A stretch of 63,637 nt of DNA, filler included. It is 16 parts of 16 records of this genome, joined end to end, with 100 filler letters (N's around TTAATTAATTAA, not from the genome) between each part and the next. Parts side by side here need not be neighbours in the genome. Positions count along the whole stretch, not along the records: positions 1 to 3,769 come from SRR9670534_428; positions 3,870 to 6,493 come from SRR9670534_432; positions 6,594 to 10,021 come from SRR9670534_435; positions 10,122 to 15,441 come from SRR9670534_447; 12 more parts are not named here. One strand, 5' to 3'. The first letter of the stretch is position 1; every line of letters starts with the position of its first letter. Shown piece by piece: positions 1 through 10,361 of the stretch. The notes beneath the pieces are model-generated. The model had not been told where the DNA came from. It saw only the letters and a list, made by a program, of their open reading frames with translations, and ran no database searches. A program made the translations under genes and the position numbers.

Positions 1-3000
1 AAAATAAAAAGTTACATAATAATATATACATCATAGTATTGTAATCTCTATGAAGTTCTAATAATTGTTGACCCCAAGGTATATTTTAGTAAGGACAATT
101 TAAAAAAACAACCTGCAAAAAAGAAAAGCTGTAAATAATGATATACACAAAACATTATTTATTTACAAATAATAATCATATTTACAAAATATAACAATCC
201 AACAGAGCAGATTCTGCATTATTCTGAGATTCTTTACACAAGCTTGTTTCAAACATAGGTTTGATTTCAGGCAGATTAGAAAATGAGGTCTTGTAAAAAC
301 AACACAGCCCAGGAACAGCATTCTACTACCATAGTACATCATGATAAACAGTCATGATCATCATTAAATACAAAAATAACACAAACTATGGTTCCTACAT
401 AGTAAAACCTTACAACCTAAGATATTACAATACAATGACAAAGATGATGTTGTAAAAATTATTACACAAATTCATATCTGCGTTCAAAGTAAGCAGAAAC
501 AAAATGCTTTTACAGGCATATTTATTATCTCTTTATATTGCCATGGCCAACACGAAGAATTTAGCTATTATTTGTGCCTAAAGTATCCTATGATGATAAG
601 ACAGCATCATCCACACATGGTTGTATTGTTGTAAAGTACTAGTTTTAACTATAGTTAGGTACCATTATACCAAAGATAATTTCATCAACAATCAACAACA
701 TTCATTGTTAACAGGTACAAGCATATGCAGAACAGCTATAATTTAACAGTTGTTATTATTATTTATAGTAATATAATGCATGAATAATACCAATGTTATT
801 ACTGTACATGACCAGTAAATTGTACAGGTAAATTTTATGTGTTTCATGAGCAATTATCAAGTGACTAAGTTTATTTTTGTCAACAACAATGCAGCACCTT
901 ACTGAAAATAGCCTAAATGATGACTTTTGTGTTAACTATAAACAATGGCCCCTTTGAGTAAGTGAAGTGCTCATATTTTCCATCAACAAAGAAATATAAT
1001 ATTTATAATAAAATTGAGTTGCCCATAGAAGGGTTACACAATAATTACTATGTGAGTTTAGTTGGATTATTAGAAGAAGGATGTGGGGTTGTTTACTATT
1101 GCTTTTTCCTCCAAGGGTTTAATTATAATATATTATAATAATAAATATAAAATAATTAATATAAATTCTATTGGTTTTACAAAAGCAGTTGAAGCTTTTG
1201 TAACACAAAAAATTCTAAAGTTTGATGAAATTTATTCATTACAAATAATAATAACTATACAAGTCACTATTATACCTATTATATATGTCATAGATTAATA
1301 GTTCACTTTGTAATTAAGTACCACCAACCACTTTGACATGGTTGGCATAATGTAAACTTTTTTACCTTTCTGAAATACAACCAGGATCATACCAACATAC
1401 ACCAATCCATCAAAAGACTTAACAACTAAAAAATTATTTTCATAAACAATATTTTTAAAACATACTGCATAAATTGTGCTGCAGGAGCACATATTATTAT
1501 ATATATGCTGCAAAAATTAATATTATTATTATTAATAAATTTTACTTATTAAAAGATATATATATATATATAATACACTTATTAGGTACTTTTGTTATTA
1601 TTAATAATAAAACAATGCAAAAACTTCATCTAATTATTAATCATCTAATTAGATTCTAATATTTATAATCAACATCTAGTAAATATTATATAATATTACT
1701 ATGGTATCATAATATTATTAGAAGTATGTTTATTATTAATAAATATTAGTATTATAATATGGAAAACACACAATATGTACTACACATATTATACTAGTAT
1801 CATTTCATATTAAAACAACATTTTTTGTCCAACAGTATGAGGTAAGTTTAATAATATTGTTAAATATAATATTACCCATGCTACTTTGTATCATCATCAT
1901 TATTATTAATAATCATGTTTGTTATACTGTTAAAGCACCAGAACTACTTGATATCAGTATTAATATTGGGCTGGTCAAAAAACTGCACTTCTTTTTCTAT
2001 CAGCATTTTGGAGAAGATTTATAAAACAAAAAGATAATATATAGTATACATTTATGAAAAGGAGTAGTATTTCAAAAGTATTATTATTATTAATAATAGT
2101 AGTACAATAGTACTATATGTTGTGTTGGTTTTTGTGTATTTTGTGTTGGTTTTTCCAATAATAAGGAGCAACAATCTGGAAAACAATAAATTCATAAAGT
2201 TTTAGTTATAGTTTAAAATATGTATCTTTATATTTCCTACAATAAAAACTATGATATGTTATGTGTTTACACCCCAGCTCAGAAAAATTCCAGGGGGTGT
2301 TAGTGCAGAATTTCTGTTATAATAACATTACTAAATTATGTTTAACAATATGTGTAATATATAATAATTTTACACAATAAGAACATCATGTTAAACAAAA
2401 GCTAGAAAAAATCAAGAAAACTCATTGATACTACTTTTAACAATTTAAAATATTATAATTCATTAATAAACTCAGTTGGGGTTATGTTTACCTCAACTGT
2501 TGTATAAGGGCTATTAATATCATCATATGGTTAGTTTATTTCATTAATTAATTAATGAACAGAATTCTAAAATACCTGTTATTTTTCATAGGATCTGTAT
2601 TCTTAATAATAACAACAAGATAATCCAACATAACACAAAGTATTCAAGTTTTTTCCAATATATATAGCAGATAATATACAAGATATAATTATATGTTGTT
2701 ATTGGTCAGTCTCAATAGCTATTTGTTCTTGTAAAAACAAATTAGAACAAATTGTTTTTACAAAAACAAATAAGGTATTGCAGGCTGCTTTTCAGCAAGT
2801 AACTAAATAAACTCTTATAATCACATAAGCAAACAAATATCTAGTAGGTAGACAACTATGAAATGGAAAGCAAAAAAGACAATAGGATAATAGTAAAAAC
2901 TTTTATTTATGTAGTATATTGTTGTTTCATGGAAATTACTTTATATATACAGTTAGTATATACCTATCATAAAATCTAGAAAAAATGTCTTTTAATAATA

Positions 3001-3286
3001 CCTTGTTAGAAAATTATGATGCTTTAATAAAGTTTTACTACTATAATTTTACAACTATAGTTAGGAAAAGACTTTGATCTCATATTGAGTAGTCTATATC
3101 ATAAAACAAGAAACTTACTATCAGAGAGCTATAAAACTGTCATTTCTATTGTGGTTGCTGCACTATTTTTACAAAAACAAATAAGGTAAACTTTTTCATA
3201 TTTATTATTATTAATATTTTGTATTATTTACAATTTTTTATTTAAACTTTTTCAACATAATTAATAATAAATTTGAATTCTTTTAG

Positions 3287-3630
3287 ATAAATTTTGGTGC
3301 AGCATGTGCATCCATGCTGCACTTCACAATGAAGGTAAGCCTTATTATTGTATATAATTTTTATTAATAAATATTTATTTAATAAACTTAAATTTTTCAA
3401 TATTCTAATATATCTATCCTTTAGTGCAGCGAAAGCTGCTGTTTGAGGGTAAGGTTTTTATTTTTAATATAATAAATATTAATTTAAAAATAAAATGATT
3501 TTGTTTTTTAGAAAATATGAGGCGTCTCTGGAATCTTTTCAACCTACATGGAATCCTGGAAAAATGTTGGAGAACCACATTCAAATGAAACAACTCAGTA
3601 TATTATCAGCTTTGCAACTTCATCCATGAG
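3287..3630 (+). other. Short spliced exons of an unidentified transcript (3287-3334, 3425-3448, from ~3512)
   Basis: GC-richer islands bounded by ttttag acceptors and gtaag donors in very AT-rich DNA. One frame reads KFWCSMCIHAALHNEVQRKLLFEENMRRLW..., with no recognisable homology. Confidence 0.35.
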
Positions 3631-3769
3631 TATGTTGAGGTTTTGGGATTGGCAGTTTTCATTCAATTTGGAATATTATTTTGTGTTACCTTATTATTAA
3701 TAATAACAGTAAATGGTTTGGAGATTGTGTTTTTATATGTATCATTATCATTATTATTATTAATAATAA

Positions 3770-3869
3770 NNNNNNNNNNNNNNNNNNNNNNNNNNNNNNN
3801 NNNNNNNNNNNNNTTAATTAATTAANNNNNNNNNNNNNNNNNNNNNNNNNNNNNNNNNNNNNNNNNNNN
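3770..3869. other. Artificial contig-joining spacer (first of 15)
   Basis: 100 bp of N-run + TTAATTAATTAA (stops in all six frames) + N-run. Identical copies at 6494-6593, 10022-10121, 15442-15541, 17703-17802, 20198-20297, 24225-24324, 26670-26769, 38872-38971, 43738-43837, 45905-46004, 48571-48670, 52489-52588, 56997-57096, 61113-61212. Confidence 0.98.
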
Positions 3870-4227
3870 AGCTGCCCTTTGAGGTTTGTAAAATATTGAC
3901 TTTATAACTTATGAATCTACAAATTTATACTATAGATAGGTATTTATTGCAGGTACTAATTATTGTTGATTATAATATTTCTATTAATATTGTAATAATA
4001 ATGTAGCAACACGTATGGTCTAATATTATTTGGCATTCTTTACTGATTTCATTTTATTGTTATGTTGCTGTTATTACAAAAGCATGCATACATGATTGTA
4101 CACTAAATATTAATTAATAAATAAAAATAGCATTTGATGGGATAATTTATTAGCAGATTTCTTATTATTAATAACAATAACAAATAAGAAATAATAATTA
4201 ATAAGAAACATATTAGTGAAAACATTT

Positions 4228-6145
4228 TTAGTAAAATTCATTCTGTCGTGCATTTGGAGCAGCAACTCCTGTTACTGCTTTCCTTTCATAATATTTTCTA
4301 TACTTTTCCAATTCAATATTCTTCTGTTCTCTTAGTTTATCAATCATAGGTTCTTTAAACTGTGGATCTTTAGTGGGATCTTCAGAAGTGGCATCATGTT
4401 TATTCTCTGATGGAAAAACTTTGGTATAAGCCATTTTCCATAACTGCATTGGTGTATTGGCTGATATTGTTGCCAATTCACCCTGTGATAAAGGAGGTGT
4501 TCCAATGTTATTTAAGCTGTCATTACCATAGGGTATTGAAAGGGGTTTATTGTGCTCAAAATTTGTTGATTTGCTTTGACCTCCTCCAAACAGTAAATTG
4601 CTAAACATTGCTCTGGTTATTTTCACCAGAGAATCTGTTTGACTGCTAAAGAACTAAAATTTTAAAATCGTACATGTTAAAATTTCAAAAGTTTTAAATT
4701 AAATTATTTTAGAAGTTTTAAATTAGTTTAACTAAATTTAAGCAGAATTAATTAAAATTAGTCATATTTAATAAATACTCTACAGTTAATTCAGTTTAAA
4801 ATGGAGATTGTTAATAACATATTATAATATAGATAAAAACAAAAAATAAAATAAATTTCAACTTTACAAAATAACTAAAAATCAATAACATTATTATTAT
4901 CCTATTATTAAAAAGTACTTGAACAGAAGCTCCACAACAAAATGCAATGAATCTAATGGTTTTGGTTATCATTTTCTTTCTTTCTTGTTCCATTGATTGA
5001 AAAATGTCATATTTGGAACCAATTAGAGTGGTGGGTATTAATATTGGATCAATAACCTTATTAATAAACAAAAAACAGATTATTATTAATAAGCAAATAA
5101 AAAGCTATAAGGCATACATGACAACATATTAAATTTTAAATTTATTAATATCAATGATTCAAATATTTTAAAAATTCATATTTTATTTTAACTATAGTTT
5201 TACTCAATATTACCGTTTTATCTTGTGGATTTAAAAGTCGTTCCCACGTTTCGTTTTGAAATTTTTCCTTCTCCTTAATTTGCTCTAAGACTTTTGCGAC
5301 TCTGTACCTAACCTTATTAACAATGGGATCTATTGACAACCAAAAATCTTCTGGTTTTGACAAATCAATTACAATCATAATTTTAAGGGTTCTAAAAAGT
5401 CATTATTATTATTATTAATAATTTAATAATGCATATTAATAATTTAAAGCATACAAGTAAATTTTAACATACTTCATCTTTATAATAGAAAATAACAACT
5501 TCTTACAAGTAAATTATCTTCCATGGAAATTGTAAATTTTTTGTTCATTTCAAATTGCAATTTGAAATAAACAAAAAAATTACAATTTGCAAAATGATGA
5601 AAGTTATTCAAATTTATCAACATAATATTGATAAAAGTATCATAAAATTAGCAAATAAACCTAATATTGGATGGATTTATAACAACATCCAGAAGATCAA
5701 GTAAATCTGCTCCTCCTCCCAATTCCCAAATATGACCCACTTCTTTGGTCTAAATTCATAATTGTTATTTAATAATATTTAGAGTTTTTGTAAAATTTGT
5801 AATAGAAACCAGATTATGTCCTTTTCCCTTTCTTCCAAATGTATACTCCAATGCAACTGTTGGCTTCGGTGTTTCATTTTTGTCAAGAAATTTAGCAATT
5901 ATTGTACTTTTGCCCTTAAAATTTAAGTTTTTATAAAGATCATTAGTAATAATATAAAAAAAGTAAAATATTACAGCTTCCTTGCAACCAAGCACCAAAA
6001 TCGAGGATGTATCTGCCGTTTCATCTACAAACGTTAATGAATATTACGTAAAAATGACATAATCAATTAATTTAGTCCTACTTTCGCTTTCGGCAACACT
6101 TTGTACAGCCAAATCCCACACAAGTTTGTCTGAACTCATTTTCAT
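4228..6145 (-). CDS. DYNC2LI1: Cytoplasmic dynein 2 light intermediate chain 1 (multi-exon, apparently complete)
   Basis: Spliced motifs [92 protein letters not shown] introns. Confidence 0.93.
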
Positions 6146-6171
6146 AGGTAAACAGCCGAATTGAACGTGAA

Positions 6172-6186
6172 CGCCGCCATCTTGGA
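6172..6186 (-). promoter_or_regulatory. YY1-type motif (CAAGATGGCGGCG) ~30 nt upstream of the DYNC2LI1 ATG
   Basis: Plus strand cgccgccatcttgg matches the metazoan YY1 consensus, which typically lies near housekeeping transcription starts; locally CpG-rich. Confidence 0.6.
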
Positions 6187-7779
6187 TTTGGCCGTTGTCA
6201 TGGCAACTATTATCAAAGATATGTAAGTATGTAAGTAGTGAATGCAATGTTGTAAGGAGGTAACAACCTAGGAGTAGATTTTTTGGGACACCCTCACAAT
6301 TTATTTTTATTAGACTTTTATAATTACAAACAACATACAAACAATAGATGCATTCATTATTTATTAATAAGGAAACTGTTTCCTGGAAACAAATAGAATA
6401 AAGTAAAAACAGAAACTTAAGTAAGCATATGGCCGCCAAAAAAATATTACAAAAACATATGCACATTTTCACCGTTACGTACGCATCGTTTTCNNNNNNN
6501 NNNNNNNNNNNNNNNNNNNNNNNNNNNNNNNNNNNNNTTAATTAATTAANNNNNNNNNNNNNNNNNNNNNNNNNNNNNNNNNNNNNNNNNNNNTGTTATT
6601 ATTAATAATAATTAATAATAATATAAATGTTGTCTCTTTTCTAGCTGCATTACTACTACTATATCATACATGTGCATTCATTTGCAGACACTTGTAATTG
6701 ACCATTGTTTTTTGGTCTAAAATTTACCAAGAAATAATGGTCATTTTTTCGCATCATCACTGATGTATTGTATTTGAACACTAGTAATTTTTTCGTATCA
6801 ATTTCTTGGCGTATCAGTACAAACTACAACCTCTGTACCAAATACTTATTGTAAGGTTCATTTTTATATGTACAATTTATGACATCTCGATTATTACCTA
6901 ACAACAATTATGTGTTTTTATGTAAGTTGATCCATTTCTCTCTGACTACTATTATCGATCGTAAATTTGTTAGGCTATATACACATGACGGTGATGTTTT
7001 ATAGTGTAAACTTTATGTAAGAATTAACTTCGAAATGTTGCATACGTTACATCTTTTTTCTTTCCTAAGCAGTTCTTCTTTTGTTAGTTACATTATGTTT
7101 TAGCCGAATAAATGAAGGTGAAAAAGACTAACATATATGCTTTGGTCTTGGATTGACACAGTATGTTAAGATTCGTAAATTAAGCCTAATGTGTTCGTAT
7201 GATGAAAGCATTCACTTACGTAGTTTGTAAAATGAATATACAGTAGTAGTGCCATTTGCTACAATAAACAGCTTGATCTATATGACAACATGACAGTAAC
7301 AAAACATATGGTCCACACGAAAGATGACTGCACCATGGATTTCTGTTCTACAGAATCTGTAAAGCTCATACATGTAATTTGTTAATAAGTGACTGATTTT
7401 GCGAAGAAGTCTTCTTGAATAGATCGACGATCTCCAGTCTCTATGTGATAAATTTCGTTAGTTTTTCTTGGCCTAGTAACGAAGGACATTGTTAGCAATA
7501 ATGTCAGCAAGCTTTTATGTCATTCAATGACTGTGGCTACGACAGCTGCCCATCCATTTTGAAAACGACTTATTATTCATAATGGCGTTGAAAATGGGAA
7601 ACTTTATACGTAGTTTGATGGTAACGGTTACGCATGCGTTGTCAAATCCACCTATAAGAGTGATTTATTTTCATTCCAGAAAAGTAGTGTTAAAAATATA
7701 TTTGAGAACGTAATACCTATATTTTTCGTATTTTTAGTACAGTATTATAAAACGTCGGGTTTTTTTCACTGACGGAAGC

Positions 7780-8376
7780 ATGGGATTGCAACAGTCATTA
7801 CTAGAACGCAACCCTACAACTAATCAATGTCTATATGTACCGAAAAAGCATAGAAAACTACTAGCAAAGACTTGGTACAACGTTGTGAAAAAAAGTGATC
7901 CTCTTCAACCGCTTAAAGACGTTTTGATCCAAGATCACGAGATTCAAAATCTGTTTCCTAAGCTGAAAGGCAAAAATTTTATAGAGATTGAAAACGATGA
8001 AGAAGCTGCAAATTTTCTCAAGGGCCACAACAAGAAGATAATGAACGCAATGGAAATAGCCGTAATAGAAAAATTAAATACTGGAGAAAGCACCGAAGTC
8101 ATTAGAAGAGATCTCGTTATGATTGGAAAAAGACATGTTAAGTACGGCGATTTCAAAGACCGCTATTTCCTACTGTATAGAGACGCTCTTTTGCACATGG
8201 CTACAATCCGTTTGAAGGAAGCGAACAAGTGGAACAAGCAGACAGAGAATATTTGGATGACTGTCGTATCGTTTGTTGTAGATGCTCTAAAAGAAGGGTA
8301 TTTGAGGCAACTGCTTGCAAAACCTGAGAACGACGACAATGTCCCCCATACCAGCAAAGCTTGTGATAATCTATAA
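7780..8376 (+). CDS. Globin (intronless, MGxxxS myristoylation motif, distal His)
   Basis: A-helix LLAKTW, CD1 Phe (LFP), E7 His (FLKGHNKKIM), F8 His (IGKRHVKYG), H-helix W...V..ALKEGY. Confidence 0.85.
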   Translation: MGLQQSLLERNPTTNQCLYVPKKHRKLLAKTWYNVVKKSDPLQPLKDVLIQDHEIQNLFPKLKGKNFIEIENDEEAANFLKGHNKKIMNAMEIAVIEKLNTGESTEVIRRDLVMIGKRHVKYGDFKDRYFLLYRDALLHMATIRLKEANKWNKQTENIWMTVVSFVVDALKEGYLRQLLAKPENDDNVPHTSKACDNL

Positions 8377-8892
8377 TAAATACTTACCTCAGTTGATATA
8401 AATTGATTATTATTAATAATTAAAAATGAAATTCACCTATAGTCTTTATTCGCTCACCTATTGGTATTAATTAATTAATAATATTAACCTTCACAATTAT
8501 AAGTAATTTCATGCATAACGTTTTTAATTCCAAAGTTATTAGATCATCCATGACGGAGCAAAAAGCTTTGTTTTCAGTATGTTTTTATTAGTAAAAGATG
8601 TCTCCATCGCATATTACCAATAAAGAAAAATATGCTTGAAAATTTCGATTACCATGCTGTTACTAGCCTCTTTAGCCCAGATTGCATGTTGCTTGTTACG
8701 GGATGCCAAATGGTTCTTATTACTAATATATTATAATTATAATATGTATTAAAACAGTACAATAAATACTTTAGGTTATACATATTGAATTTTCTCGAGA
8801 TGTTATTATAATTTAATAATGTATTTTTATTAATAAATAGTGCTGGCTGCTTGTGATAGTATTGTCATGCCCCTGTTTATTGCTTTGGCAAA

Positions 8893-9456
8893 ATGGGATT
8901 AGATTTTTCCTCACCCAAACCTCTATCTTATTATAACTCAGATGAAATCCTTGGTGAAAGTAAAAGAGATGTCAAAATACTAACAAAAACTTGGTATATT
9001 GTTAAAACCAGCCATGACCCTGTACAACCTCTGAAGAATATTGTAGAAAAAAATGATCAGATCAGAAAGTTATTTCCAGCACTTAAAAATACATGTCATT
9101 TAGATTCCGATGAAAAAGCATTGGAGTTTTTGAAGAATCAGAACTACACGTTCTTAATAGCCATAGAAAGAGAGGTTATTGAAAAATTGGCAAATGGAAA
9201 GCGAAATGGCATCAGAAGTAAATTGGTTGAAATTGGCAGAAGACATCTCTCTTATGGTGGATTTAAAGATATTTACTTTTTATCATATAGAGAGGGTCTT
9301 CTTCAAATGGCTGAGGAATGTCTGAAATCCAAGAAATTGTGGAGCAATCATACAAAGTATGTCTGGAAGAGTATGGTGTCTTTTGTGATGGATGCCTTAA
9401 AGGAAGGGTATTTGAAGCAAGCATTTGAAAAGTCGGAGGACTGTTCTGGTCATTGA
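8893..9456 (+). CDS. Globin paralog (intronless, MGxxxS motif, distal Gln)
   Basis: Clear paralog of 7780-8376: KTWY.VK..DP.QPLK, LFP, IGRRHLSYG, SFVMDALKEGYL. Confidence 0.85.
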   Translation: MGLDFSSPKPLSYYNSDEILGESKRDVKILTKTWYIVKTSHDPVQPLKNIVEKNDQIRKLFPALKNTCHLDSDEKALEFLKNQNYTFLIAIEREVIEKLANGKRNGIRSKLVEIGRRHLSYGGFKDIYFLSYREGLLQMAEECLKSKKLWSNHTKYVWKSMVSFVMDALKEGYLKQAFEKSEDCSGH

Positions 9457-9670
9457 CTGATTGAACAATTGATTATAATATTCAATAGCTAACTATAGTT
9501 ATTTATTGGATAATGTACATAGTTATTAATAAATAGTATTTAATAAATACATAGCAGGTGATGGTAAAATGTAATATAATATATTATTATTATTATTAAT
9601 AATGAGACAATTGTTATTAACTATTAATAAATTAGAATCCCAATTAACATGATGATCATCCAGGGTCATA

Positions 9671-10021
9671 CAGGGTGGGGCATAAATGCTGATGGTTTTT
9701 ACTAAAGTGACTTTTGTAAAGTGACTTTTTACTAAAGTGACTTTTGTTTTATGATAGGAAGGTAGTAAGAAACTATATCATGTAACATACCATATGAAAG
9801 TACATTTAATAATGAGGTTTTTTACTGAATGTCCTTCAGCTTATGAAAGTACACTTTTAGCGTCTTACATACAAATGATGTGGTCACTTTTGCATATCAA
9901 TGCTTTTGTTGAGATGTTAGTTCTGAAATTGCAAAATAGTTGTCGCCTATATTCCACCTGGGTGAAAGCGAAAGTAAGAAATCATAAAACAAAAGTAAAA
10001 ACCGTCAGGTATTTATGCCCC
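9671..10021. mobile_element. Non-autonomous DNA transposon (MITE, Tc1/mariner-like terminus), right end cut by contig break
   Basis: TA|CAGGGTGGGGCATAAATGCTGATGGTTTTTACT at the left end is nearly the reverse complement of AGTAAAAACCGTCAGGTATTTATGCCCC at the contig end; three subterminal AAAGTGACTTTT repeats at ~9704-9745. Confidence 0.75.
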
Positions 10022-10361
10022 NNNNNNNNNNNNNNNNNNNNNNNNNNNNNNNNNNNNNNNNNNNNTTAATTAATTAANNNNNNNNNNNNNNNNNNNNNNN
10101 NNNNNNNNNNNNNNNNNNNNNATGTCATACAAAATTCAGCATTTATTATTAATAATAAAATGGTGCACCTTCTTTTGTTATTAATTATTACTAATAATTT
10201 CTTGATTGAATATTCAAGTAAAAATTACTGATTATTAATAAAATTTATCCGAACTTTGATGCTGCATTTTGCAAACATGCAAATTATTTTAGCTTGTACC
10301 AATACATATTCAAAATTGCTATTATTACATAGTGGAGAGCATTCACTGAATATATTTTCAG

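Noticed and set aside
1083-1659. Short I/N/Y/K-rich ORFs here and in many AT-rich stretches (e.g. 28069-28793, 58284-60099)
   Set aside because: Compositional artefacts of very AT-rich non-coding DNA, with no domains or coherent exon chains.
6146-6472. N-terminal extension of the 142-aa ORF 6044-6472
   Set aside because: Non-ATG start running through the promoter and YY1 region; DYNC2LI1 homology starts at the ATG at 6145 or 6139.
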